Positions 18,213 through 27,620 of a stretch of 64,000 bases of DNA are shown in pieces. Numbering within the stretch: the stretch's first letter is position 1; the number at the start of each line of letters is the position of its first letter. The notes beneath the pieces are model-generated. The model did no database searches. It had not been told where the DNA came from and was given only the letters and a program-made list of their open reading frames with translations. The position numbers and the translations under genes are program-made. The stretch is from Nitrosopumilus sp. (lineage in GTDB: Archaea > Thermoproteota > Nitrososphaeria > Nitrososphaerales > Nitrosopumilaceae). The stretch lies in NCBI GenBank assembly GCA_965238275.1, contig OZ250186.1:1184001-1248000 (forward strand), in the 5' to 3' direction.

Positions 18213-20514
18213 GTAAGAGGTCGCCTTTGCGAAGCGATTCCGTGCCTGATTTGCCCCGATTAATTACCAACTGAGCTACGTTTTCGACCATAAATACCCG
18301 ATTTAATTGCACGTTATCAGTACGGTCCGCAGGCAGGACAGTTTTCAAATCAAGGCTCACCTGCCGGATCTTTTGCGCCGCATTTCCCGGCAGACGCTGC
18401 GTGTCCAAAAGCTTTATGGATCATGCCTTCCAGTGTTGTGGCATGGTGCCTGTAATCGACTTGGAAAAGATTGACTGGAACTCCGTAACCGACACAAAGT
18501 CCATCTTCGAATCCGTCCTTGCCATGCTCAAATCCCGGGACGAGGAGAGCGTGGCGCTGAGGAAAAACATCGAGCAGTTGAGGGAGGAGGCAGAGGCCTT
18601 CTCAGGGGAACGCGCGATGCTGACGGAGATGGATACCAGGATCAAACTGTTGGAAGAAGAGAACGTGCAAAAGGACTCCGAGATAGAACAAAAGGACTCC
18701 GAGATAGAACAAAAGGACTCCGAGATAGAACAAAAGGACTCCGAGATAGAACAAAAGGACTCCGAGATAGAGAATCTGGGAACAGATGTGGAGAATTTGA
18801 GTGCAGAGGTAGAGAAGCTGAGGGCAGAAAACGCCGCCCTCCTGCAGGGATGCGACGTCTCGCAGGCAGTCATGGACAGGATAGCCCGCCTGGAACGGCA
18901 GGCAGCCGAGCATGCCTCGCAGCTAAGGGAGGCGCGCGCGGCCAACTCGGCGCTGGCAGCAGAGAACCTGGACATCAAAAGCCGCCGCTCCAAGAGGCGG
19001 CTCCGGGAGTCGCCCGGGCCTGCGCCGGACCCGTTCAGGAAGGTCGTCTGCCTGCGCACCGGCCGGAACCCTCCCCCGATATCTGAAAAGAGGTTAGTCG
19101 ACCTGCACTCCTGCCCGCACGGCCACGCCCTCTCGACGGGGCCCACCGAGGTGACCTTCCGGGTAGTCGAGGAGATCATCGACGGGAAACTGACTGCCAT
19201 CCAATATACAGTCGTCCGCAGGTACTGCAGGGAATGCGGCAGGCAGTTTGCCCCCGAGATCCCCGGGGTCGTCCCAGGGGGGCGGTTCGGTGCCAGCCTG
19301 ACGTGCCTGGAGACTACCATGAGGATGCACGGCATCCCCTACGGCATCATCTGCAGTCTGATCAACATAATCCACCACGCAGGCCTTGCCAAGTCGACAG
19401 TCATCAGCCACGTGGACGCCGTTACGGGATCCCTCCACCCCCTCTACGAGGAGATGCTCGGGGAGATATTCTTCTCAGAGCATGTCTTTGGCGACGAGAC
19501 GAGCTGGAAGATAGCCGGGATACTGTACTGGCTGTGGGTGCTGGTAGGTGACGACTCGACTGTCTTTCACGTGGACAAGAGCCGGGGAGGCGACGTCCTG
19601 GTGTCGCTGCTTGGAGGGTACGGCGGCCACGTCACCTCCGACTCCCACGCCCCGTGGAACCGCATCGGCAAGACCCACCAAAAGTGCCACTACCACTACC
19701 TCCGCGAGATCCTCCGCACCCTGACCATGAAATCCCCCGGACCCGAATTCAAAAAGTTTGCCAAGGCCCTGAAGGGGATAATCATCGATTCATGGTACCC
19801 GGACAAGGGGCTTGACCCGGACGACGACAAGGCCGCGCGAAACCTCAAGGTGCGCAACCTCCAGGCCCGGGTGAGGCGCCTGATCTCGGGCAGCTACACA
19901 GACGCCCACTGCAAGAGGTTTGTCAAGCGGCTGCGGCGCGAGATCACCCACCTGTTCCCATTCATCCGCCTCAACACAAAGTGCCATAACAACGATGCCG
20001 AGCGTCCCCTGCGGCCCAGCGTCGCATCCCGGAAGGTCTCAGGCGGCAGCAAGAGCCTTGCCGGCGCATACAACCACGCCGTCCTGGCCACCGTCCGCGA
20101 GACGTGCAGGAGGCGCGGAGTCAACCCGCACGACTTTTTGGTCGACTATATGCACGGCCTCGTCGAAAAAATTCCGGCAGCAGCAGCAACAGTCGCATAA
20201 ATCCTGCAAAACCCGCCATCCTGACTGCCCCACGCAGACCCGTCGCGCCGGCAGTCTGGCGCATGTCAGGCTGCCGTACCGGCTGTCACCCGATCCCGGC
20301 ACAACTCAGCGCCCCGGCCGCGCCAAAAAAGGCCACTTCGCAAACCCGATCACCGGATCGGCCAAAACATAGCTCGGCCGGACCCTCCTCCCCGCCCGGA
20401 AAAAACCCAGAATAATGCCAATTAAATGGGCATTTACAGCCGAAAACGTAGCTCAGTTGGTAATTAATCGGGGCAGATCAGGCACGGAATCGCTTCGCAA
20501 AGGCGACCTCTTAC
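18213..20514 (+). mobile_element. IS66-family element, copy 2 (appears identical to copy 1, inverted)
   Basis: Same 2302-bp length and same protein; TSD GATTATCT (18205-18212, 20515-20522). Confidence 0.95.
18401..20200 (+). CDS. IS66 transposase
   Basis: Translation identical to 6405-8204. Confidence 0.93.
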   Translation: MSKSFMDHAFQCCGMVPVIDLEKIDWNSVTDTKSIFESVLAMLKSRDEESVALRKNIEQLREEAEAFSGERAMLTEMDTRIKLLEEENVQKDSEIEQKDSEIEQKDSEIEQKDSEIEQKDSEIENLGTDVENLSAEVEKLRAENAALLQGCDVSQAVMDRIARLERQAAEHASQLREARAANSALAAENLDIKSRRSKRRLRESPGPAPDPFRKVVCLRTGRNPPPISEKRLVDLHSCPHGHALSTGPTEVTFRVVEEIIDGKLTAIQYTVVRRYCRECGRQFAPEIPGVVPGGRFGASLTCLETTMRMHGIPYGIICSLINIIHHAGLAKSTVISHVDAVTGSLHPLYEEMLGEIFFSEHVFGDETSWKIAGILYWLWVLVGDDSTVFHVDKSRGGDVLVSLLGGYGGHVTSDSHAPWNRIGKTHQKCHYHYLREILRTLTMKSPGPEFKKFAKALKGIIIDSWYPDKGLDPDDDKAARNLKVRNLQARVRRLISGSYTDAHCKRFVKRLRREITHLFPFIRLNTKCHNNDAERPLRPSVASRKVSGGSKSLAGAYNHAVLATVRETCRRRGVNPHDFLVDYMHGLVEKIPAAAATVA

Positions 20515-20933
20515 GATTATCTTCGTCCTGTATGGGTTGGAGAGCACCGTGTCAAGGCCCCGATCCTCGGTCATGAGCCGGTACGTCTCCCTCCATACCG
20601 ACGACGACTCTATGACATATTTGGCACCGGCCGGAATCCTCCGCAGCGCGGCCCCGATGGCCTTGGGGGTGTTCGGGATGCTGCCGTTGAAGATCTCCCT
20701 GCCGTCGTCTTCCATTACGGCAATCTGGATCGTCTTCTTGTGCAGGTCGAGTCCCACGTATGTCATGCCGTCTCTTTTTTGGCTGATAATCTGTTTGTTC
20801 GGATTGCTTCGGGCTGAGTGCTTTACCGGGTATCGGGCGGCCGGTTCCTGCCGCCTGCCATCTGTATTGCTGGATCGTGTCACATATAGTTAGATGTGAT
20901 TCTGAACCCAAATTCATCCAATCAACGTGCATC

Positions 20934-20957
20934 AGATCACCCCATTTGGGCAGAGTC
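20934..20957 (-). repeat. Half copy of the dyad/TIR family
   Basis: AGATCACCCCATTTGGGCAGAGTC; the upstream flank also resembles 43690-43720. Confidence 0.55.
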
Positions 20958-20991
20958 GAGAATCCCATCAAGCAAACTCCCAATACCTCCA

Positions 20992-21087
20992 CCACCCTAA
21001 GTTAACATTACGCCACCCTAAGTTAACACTCGATTTGATCCGGGGAAGCCAGTCTGGGATTGTAGAATATGCCACCCTAAGTTAACA
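20992..21087. repeat. Three exact 16-bp direct repeats CCACCCTAAGTTAACA
   Basis: 20992-21007, 21013-21028, 21072-21087. Confidence 0.9.
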
Positions 21088-21172
21088 CCCTGCCCGGTCT
21101 GGGAAAAACACCCGAAGAATTAACAGAGTGCCATTCCATACAGTTTATTAAAAACAGATTGGAACATTGTCC

Positions 21173-22342
21173 ATGAATGAGCACGTCCGACAATACAACG
21201 GCCGCCGGCCAAAAACAGTCCACATACTGGACAGTACGCTCCGCGAGGGAGAGCAGCACCCAGGCGTGTCGTTTACCGCAAAGCAGCGCGCCCAGATAGC
21301 ATGGGAACTGGACTGTTTCGGCGTGGACCAGATAGAGATTGCGCCCGGCGTATCCCTAGATCATGCAAAGTCGCTAAAGACAATACTCTCGATGGGACTG
21401 CGCGCCGACATCGTGTCGCACGGACGGGCGATGAGATCCGACATAGACGTCTCGATTGACTGCGACGCAAAGTGGTGCGCCGCGTACCTGGGGATTTCCG
21501 AGATACACATGCGCGACAAGCTCAAGATAACGCGCGAGGAGGCCATGCAGAGGGCGGTGAGTTCGGTAGAATACGCCAAGTCGCACGGGTTGAAGATAAG
21601 GTTTACAATAGAGGACGGCAGCAGGGCGGATCCCGAGTTTGCCAAACATGTATGCAGGGAGATAGCATCGGCAGGCGTGGACCGCATAAGCCTGCCAGAC
21701 ACCGTGGGCGCTATGCTGCCGGGCGGCATGGCAGCGTTTGTTGCCATGGTAAGAAACGAAGTCGACGTGCCGCTTGACGTCCACACCCACAACGACATGG
21801 GGCTTGCGCTGGCAAACTCGCTTGCAGGCGTGGACGCGGGAGCCGACCAGATACACACCACGATAAACGGCATAGGGGAACGGAACGGAATACCGTCGCT
21901 GGCAGAAGCTGCCACGGTACTGTCCACGCTGTATGACACAAAGCCAAAATTCAGGCTTGACCAACTCTGCGATCTGTCAAGGCACATGGAAGTATACACT
22001 GGAATGCAGACGGCAGAAGACAAGCCGCTTGTCGGGGCGTCTGCGTACAAGCACAAGGCCGGCACGCACCTGGCCGCAGTGTTGCGCGCACCAGAGGCAT
22101 ACGAGATCGTCCCGCCCCAGACAGTCGGAAACTCCCGAAGGGTCGTGTTTGGCGGGCTGGCCGGAAAGACTGGCGCGGCGCACCTGCTGTCCGTGCTGGG
22201 AATAGAGGCAGACGACAAGCTGGCAAAGAGCGTGGCACACGCGCTAAAGTCGACTGGCAGGGGAGACATCATGGAGATGCCGCTGGAAGACAAGAAGAAG
22301 GTGGAGGTCCTGACAAAGAATGCGCGAGGCCACGCAGTCTGA
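21173..22342 (+). CDS. Homocitrate synthase / isopropylmalate synthase family (DRE-TIM), probably homocitrate synthase
   Basis: DSTLREGEQ, LPDTVG, HTHNDMGLA, GIGERNG; lacks the LeuA regulatory domain. Confidence 0.88.
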   Translation: MNEHVRQYNGRRPKTVHILDSTLREGEQHPGVSFTAKQRAQIAWELDCFGVDQIEIAPGVSLDHAKSLKTILSMGLRADIVSHGRAMRSDIDVSIDCDAKWCAAYLGISEIHMRDKLKITREEAMQRAVSSVEYAKSHGLKIRFTIEDGSRADPEFAKHVCREIASAGVDRISLPDTVGAMLPGGMAAFVAMVRNEVDVPLDVHTHNDMGLALANSLAGVDAGADQIHTTINGIGERNGIPSLAEAATVLSTLYDTKPKFRLDQLCDLSRHMEVYTGMQTAEDKPLVGASAYKHKAGTHLAAVLRAPEAYEIVPPQTVGNSRRVVFGGLAGKTGAAHLLSVLGIEADDKLAKSVAHALKSTGRGDIMEMPLEDKKKVEVLTKNARGHAV

Positions 22343-22667
22343 AATCACCAGCCTTGGCATTTCAGGCTATTCTTGCGATGGCCTGACATCCATGACGACG
22401 GCGCGTACAAGGCGCGCTTTACTTACCATGAATGCCCCATGTGTTCGAAAAAGACGATAATATACACAAAATGGGACGGACTTGACAGTACACCAGAGTC
22501 GTGTTGCCATAGCTGTGGTGAAATATTTAGTGGTTTGCCGAAACTGTAGAATTTTACACCAATTGTAAAGTTCCAAGCACAAGCATGTCAAAACGCCTAC
22601 TTTACAAAGTACTTATTGGCAATATGGGGCATAGATAACATCGGGATGCCCTCACAATGACAGTATC

Positions 22668-22955
22668 CTAGTCAGTGCCGCTATTACGAACTTTTTCTAC
22701 AAGCTGAATAGTCTTGAGACCAGAATGAATCTGTATATCGGCTATGTTCTGTAGCGTCTTGCTGATCCTCTCAGAATTGGGTCCGGCGTAAATGAACACA
22801 TCCCCGGATTTGATGGCATCTTTATCCTCGTCTGCGCCGAAGAACTTCATGCGCCCGTTTTTTTGATAGGCATATTTCAACGCGGCTTGGTAAATCTCGG
22901 TTTGTCTTATCTTCCCATCAACCTTCCTTGGTTTGCCTGTGACTGATTCGTCCAT
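22668..22955 (-). CDS. Hypothetical protein or fragment
   Basis: 95-aa ORF. Confidence 0.4.
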   Translation of the reverse strand: MDESVTGKPRKVDGKIRQTEIYQAALKYAYQKNGRMKFFGADEDKDAIKSGDVFIYAGPNSERISKTLQNIADIQIHSGLKTIQLVEKVRNSGTD

Positions 22956-23039
22956 GTTGTCCCGCTGCTTGATGATGCCCTAGAGAATTGCGTATGTCCG
23001 CACTCCATCAGAATCCAGCCATGCGGGCGGTTCCACACG

Positions 23040-23500
23040 ATGTTCTGCGTATGGTGATGGCGCTTACGCCTCCCGGGACAACCTAAAGGCATGCAGGGAG
23101 CACAACATGACCCCGCTCATCAAACTCAAGACAAGCTCCGCCCCAAAGGGAAAGGGCGCAGGCGACGTGTGGGGCGGGGCAATCCAGGACCCGTTTGGCG
23201 GCTCTTATCCCAATCGGGTAAAATGGCTGCCCGATGAGAAGAAGAAAAGTAATCAAAAGGAGTGGAAGGCCCGAGTCAGATACGGCAAGAGGTGGGTAGT
23301 GGGGATCGTGTTTTCCGCCTTCAAGAGAATGTTCGGGGGAACACCTGTACTCATTGAAATGGAAGAACATGATCCAGGAGGTCAATCTCAAAGTGGACGC
23401 CTACAACAGGCTGATAGACATGTGAGCAGGAGCAATGTAGAGTCGGATAGGCGAATCCGGTATAAGTTGTGGCAGAACAAGTTGAATTGTGCAACAGGGT
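23040..23500 (+). pseudogene. IS5 (IS903-group) transposase 3' remnant
   Basis: YGDGAYASRDN, WK..YGKRWVV..VFSAFKRMFG; end-like TGCAACAGGG at about 23490-23499. Confidence 0.75.
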
Positions 23501-23519
23501 ATGCTTGGGTAACATTTTT

Positions 23520-23543
23520 GGCTCTGTTCAAACATGGTGATCT
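23520..23543 (+). repeat. Half copy of the dyad/TIR family
   Basis: GGCTCTGTTCAAACATGGTGATCT; 23/24 identical to the reverse complement of 43720-43743. Confidence 0.8.
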
Positions 23544-23676
23544 GCTACACGGCGATCCATGCAGAACTTCCCACATGTACCCGGTGGCGTCAGGCAAGCA
23601 TCGCGCCCGCGTGGAATAACCTGCAATTTTCACGCCTCGTGCAGACTGGGCGTCGTCATGTTGGGGCCAAGGCGCG

Positions 23677-25035
23677 CTAAAGCAGCCCGCCTAGCCTGTC
23701 CTTGAGGTTCTGGCGGAAGTCCCCGTCGGGATCGCCTGACGCGTCGATGATGGCCTTTAACACCCTCTCGTTTCTTGATTCCACGTCTGCGCTCCTGGCA
23801 CCCTCCCTGGCGATTTTGGCCTTCAGGTCGTTGACCTCCTTCTTCAGTTCCTCCACCTGTGCCTTGCTTGCCTTCAACTCTTCTTCTGTCGCGCCGGCAG
23901 GTTCGGTATCCTCAACGCTAGAGGCAGCCTTGGAGAGTATGTTGATTACGTGCGACGCCTTGGCGTATTCCTTCCTCAACGTCTTCCCATCCAGCCTTAA
24001 ATAGGGGTCTTTGGACTTGTGGCCCAGAAAGTGGTCTGCGGCATGTGCATCACACCCGCACTCCACCATGGTGGTTTTCAGCAGATGGCGCGTCTCGTGT
24101 GAATGTATCTTGAGGGTGCGCAGACCCAGCTGCTTCTGCGTCTGGGCGTATTCGGCCAGATTTTTAAACTTGTCTGAAACCCACTCGATCGACATGGGCG
24201 CGTTTCTGGTGGTGAAGAATATCGGCCCGTCAGGATCGTGGGGACCGTGTTTTTCCTCCCTCCACGCCAGGTAATCCTTGATGGCCGACAGCGCGTCGCG
24301 GTCTATGAATGTGGTAAACACATAGTCCGTCTTTACCCGCATTATTTTGATGGGTATCGGGCACTTGTCCAGCGACCATTCCCTGTGGTTAATGGTGCCG
24401 CAGAATTTGGCTATCTGCGGGTGCGCGTGAAAATTGAACCTGTCCGCAAGCGTGCTCCTGTCAAGCCCTGCCTGGAACTTTACCAGCATCACGGCGCGCG
24501 TCAGGTGGTCTGTCTTGCCCACGGTCAGCATTTTGTAGAGTTCCGGCCGTGTCAGTTCGGGCGCGTCAGTGACTGCCTCCGTGTTTCTTTTACGCCCGTT
24601 AAACTTGACGTATGTCATCACGTCGTGCTTGTCAAAGTACGACTTTATCGCAGCGCACGTGCCTGTCATCGTGGGGCGTGTCTTGCCTTCGTGCATGGGA
24701 TCCATCAGGTGCTTGTTTATGATCTTCCTTACCTCCCTGGCGTTGCCGTTCTCGTCTTGCCCGAAGTAGAGCAGTTCCTCCACGTTGGCAAACGACTTTT
24801 GGACGCTCTCGTGGACTATCTTGCTGTCCCTTGCGACTGACACGCGCATGTCGAACTTGCGGCCTGCCAGCCACTCGTTGAATGTGGTCAGTTTGGACAG
24901 GTAGACGATCTTGGTGCTGGTGTAGATGCCTTTGCAATTAGTGACGCCGCTCTCGTTGAGTTGCCCCAGCCAGTCCACCACGGTCGGAAACTTGAGCATG
25001 TAGTCCGATCGCTTGCCTTTCTTCCACTTTGTCAT
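23677..25035 (-). CDS. Tyrosine recombinase/integrase with C-terminal coiled coil
   Basis: RVKT, HSHETRH, FLGH, PY; homologous to 51723-53507. Confidence 0.88.
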   Translation of the reverse strand: MTKWKKGKRSDYMLKFPTVVDWLGQLNESGVTNCKGIYTSTKIVYLSKLTTFNEWLAGRKFDMRVSVARDSKIVHESVQKSFANVEELLYFGQDENGNAREVRKIINKHLMDPMHEGKTRPTMTGTCAAIKSYFDKHDVMTYVKFNGRKRNTEAVTDAPELTRPELYKMLTVGKTDHLTRAVMLVKFQAGLDRSTLADRFNFHAHPQIAKFCGTINHREWSLDKCPIPIKIMRVKTDYVFTTFIDRDALSAIKDYLAWREEKHGPHDPDGPIFFTTRNAPMSIEWVSDKFKNLAEYAQTQKQLGLRTLKIHSHETRHLLKTTMVECGCDAHAADHFLGHKSKDPYLRLDGKTLRKEYAKASHVINILSKAASSVEDTEPAGATEEELKASKAQVEELKKEVNDLKAKIAREGARSADVESRNERVLKAIIDASGDPDGDFRQNLKDRLGGLL

Positions 25036-25070
25036 GCCTGGGGAGTCCCACTTTCCTTAAAAGGACAACC

Positions 25071-25190
25071 CAAAACCGCCTTGGAAACTATGAATAGACC
25101 GTTCAAAACCGCCTTGGAAACTATGAATAGACCGTTCAAAGCCGATTTGGGACCTAGAAATAGACCAGTCAAAACCAATATGGAAATAGA
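25071..25190. repeat. 33-bp tandem repeat, about 3.5 copies, upstream of the integrase
   Basis: CAAAACCGCCTTGGAAACTATGAATAGACCGTT twice exactly, then degenerate copies. Confidence 0.9.
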
Positions 25191-25226
25191 GTTTTAAGGG
25201 AAATCGACGTTATTATATGATGTATA

Positions 25227-25610
25227 ATGGCCGATCAGCTCTTGGAATTTCGAAGGATAATCCAGTCAAGATCGTCGCCATCATCCCGCAAGCCGGACAA
25301 GCAAACCAGAAAGCTGCTCCTGTATCTGTTTACCAGTACCAGGGGGGGATTTACAAGAATGCGAATCATCATACTTTTGATTGACCGTCCCTACAACACC
25401 CACCAGCTTGCAAAGGAGCTTGGCATTGACTACAAGGCAGTCCAGCATCACATGAAGGTGCTTGAAAAGAACAACATGGTATCGAGGATCGGGGAAAAGT
25501 ACGGTGCGATATTCCACCTCTCAAACCTGCTTGAGACCAACATGGCCGCCCTTGATGAGGCAATCTACAAGCTTCACAAAAAAATGAATTACAAAAAAGT
25601 CTACATCTGA
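25227..25610 (+). CDS. ArsR-like winged-helix transcriptional regulator
   Basis: TRGGFTRMRII..PYNTHQLAKELGIDYKAVQHHMKVLEKNNMV. Confidence 0.88.
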   Translation: MADQLLEFRRIIQSRSSPSSRKPDKQTRKLLLYLFTSTRGGFTRMRIIILLIDRPYNTHQLAKELGIDYKAVQHHMKVLEKNNMVSRIGEKYGAIFHLSNLLETNMAALDEAIYKLHKKMNYKKVYI

Positions 25611-25903
25611 TGCCGCTGCACAACAACTGAGACACAACCGTTCAGGCATGTCCTTGCATGTGTTGGATTTTCCGGCATGCATCCAATCTGTTCCAGTATC
25701 TTCTGCGCTTCAAGTCGTCGGCACGGCCGCCCTACACCGACTCCTATCTGGCAGACTATATCCTCTGAGAATACCTGCCAGTCATTTGTCTTTGGCCGCA
25801 TGACAGGACTGACACCATGCACAGATAAGACAAGCAGGTGCCTGTTCCTTGATGATTCGGGTTCAATACAGTTCCACCGATTTTACAAAAGTCCCAAACC
25901 CAT

Positions 25904-27564
25904 GTACGGACTCTGGTCCGTGCCTAGATTTTAACCGCTTGTGCATCAAATTAGACCATGTCGATTTATTGATCTCGGGATCCGCGAACCCGCGTGAGCA
26001 AATCAGAGATGTCGCTCCTACGCGGGGAGCTGACAGGGGTAGTGACGGAGTTTGAGAAGTTTAAGAAAATGACGGACAAGACAAATGCCAAATTTACCAA
26101 GAAGGTGACGTTGCTCGAGATTGAAGTCGACCGCCTGACCCTGGAAAACACGGGTTACCGCAGGAGGCTCCGCAAGTACGAGAACCCCAACATGTCCTCG
26201 TCCACGGATTCACTGTACAACTCAGACCGCGCGGCGTTCAGGAAGCAGATGGACATGGAGGCCAAGATGGAGCCAGATGGCAGCAACGGCGGCGGGCCCA
26301 AGGAAGGGGAGGAGCCCGAACCGGAAGGCGGACCTGAATCAGAAGGCGAAGGTGCCGGAGACAAGGCCCGCAAGGGACCGCCGGCAGGACACGCCGGCGC
26401 CTCGCACAAGAACAGGGCCGAGAGGACCGAGAGTCTGCCCGTGCGCAGGTGCGAAAAATGCGGGCGCGGACACCTGGTCCGGATGCCGTCCATTGTCAAG
26501 ATGGTGTATGATTTTCCCGACGACGGCGCCATGAGGATCGAGTGCGTCGCGTACCTGTTGGGGCAGGGGTTGTGCAAGAGATGCAATCACGTCAGCTCTG
26601 CCGTACCTCCCACGATCCCCGGCACGTCGCTTGGCCCCAAGGCCCTGGGGTTTGTGGAGGAGTACTACGACAAGAGGAGCACGGACTGCACCGTATCATA
26701 CTATTTCAAGGCGCTGTACGGGTTTGGCATATCGCCAAACGCCATATGGAACGCGCGCAAGGCTCTCAAAAAACTCCTCAAGGGCGCGTACGAGGGCATA
26801 CTGGCCCGCATCGCCGATGCCATATTCGTACAGTTTGACGAGTCCCACATGAAGATGAACGGGAAGAAGGGGTACGTGTGGCTGGTCACCACCGGCGACG
26901 CCACGTACCTGGTGGCCGCCCCGAGCAGGGCGGCCCTCGTGATAAACGCGCATTTTGCCCGGCTGCTTGGAAAGCCGGTGGTGGTGGTGGACGGGTACAC
27001 CGTCTACAACATGTTCCCGGTAAAGCAGAGGTGCTGGGTGCACCTGCTGCGCGCCGCAGAAGAGCACGCCATCAAGAACGGCGGCAACGATCTTGCCTGC
27101 TACCGCAGGCTGCTTGCCCTGTACCGGTCAGTCAAGGACAGGGAGTCTGCCGGGTCCGGCGAGTGCCTGGACCTGGAAAGGGCGGTGCTCCAAATCGCCT
27201 CGGACTACGGGGAGTCCCACGACTTCCGCACGACGCTTGAGAACGCGGCCCCGTGCATGTTCACGTTCCTCAGGCATCCGGGCATGCCGCCGCATAACAA
27301 CGCAGCAGAGCTTGAGATACGCGACACTGCGGTGCTGCACAGGAACGTGCGGCACCAGCTGTCCGAACCCGAGGGGCGGGAGGTCTTCTCGGTGCTGATA
27401 TCAGTGGCGCGCACCTGCCACAAGCAGGGCATCTTCCCGCGTCAGGCAGTCGAGAACATCATCAGGGATCCTGCCTGGAGCATATTCAAGCCACCCGAAC
27501 AGTATCAGAAGGTTTCCGTACCCGCAGTGGCAGCGTAGCGCAATTTGGCGACCTGAGTCCATAC
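25904..27564 (+). mobile_element. IS66-family element
   Basis: TIR GTA(C/T)GGACTC(T/A)GGTC; TSD AAACCCAT (25896-25903, 27565-27572). Confidence 0.92.
25994..27538 (+). CDS. IS66 transposase
   Basis: FDESH, VDGYTVY, QRCWVHLLR, PPHNNAAELEIR. Confidence 0.92.
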   Translation: MSKSEMSLLRGELTGVVTEFEKFKKMTDKTNAKFTKKVTLLEIEVDRLTLENTGYRRRLRKYENPNMSSSTDSLYNSDRAAFRKQMDMEAKMEPDGSNGGGPKEGEEPEPEGGPESEGEGAGDKARKGPPAGHAGASHKNRAERTESLPVRRCEKCGRGHLVRMPSIVKMVYDFPDDGAMRIECVAYLLGQGLCKRCNHVSSAVPPTIPGTSLGPKALGFVEEYYDKRSTDCTVSYYFKALYGFGISPNAIWNARKALKKLLKGAYEGILARIADAIFVQFDESHMKMNGKKGYVWLVTTGDATYLVAAPSRAALVINAHFARLLGKPVVVVDGYTVYNMFPVKQRCWVHLLRAAEEHAIKNGGNDLACYRRLLALYRSVKDRESAGSGECLDLERAVLQIASDYGESHDFRTTLENAAPCMFTFLRHPGMPPHNNAAELEIRDTAVLHRNVRHQLSEPEGREVFSVLISVARTCHKQGIFPRQAVENIIRDPAWSIFKPPEQYQKVSVPAVAA

Positions 27565-27620
27565 AAACCCATAGCATATTTGGTTTATATGGGACGAATG
27601 TTCGTGAGACATTGATATAT

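Larger units (their letters stand above)
18107..20766 (-). pseudogene. IS110 transposase N-terminal (DEDD) remnant, split by IS66 and truncated at the dyad
   Basis: MTYVGLDLHKK, VIESS, NPYRTKI|IAESKKKTDKVDARILA; no C-terminal domain. Confidence 0.88.

Noticed and set aside
6083-20522. Past inversion between the two IS66 copies
   Set aside because: Each copy retains its own matching TSD and both interrupted genes rejoin cleanly.
20992-25190. CRISPR array at the 16-bp or 33-bp repeats
   Set aside because: No regularly sized unique spacers and no cas genes in the window.
22342-25230. tRNA or att site beside the integrase
   Set aside because: No cloverleaf or att direct repeat seen by eye; tRNAscan would be needed to exclude one.
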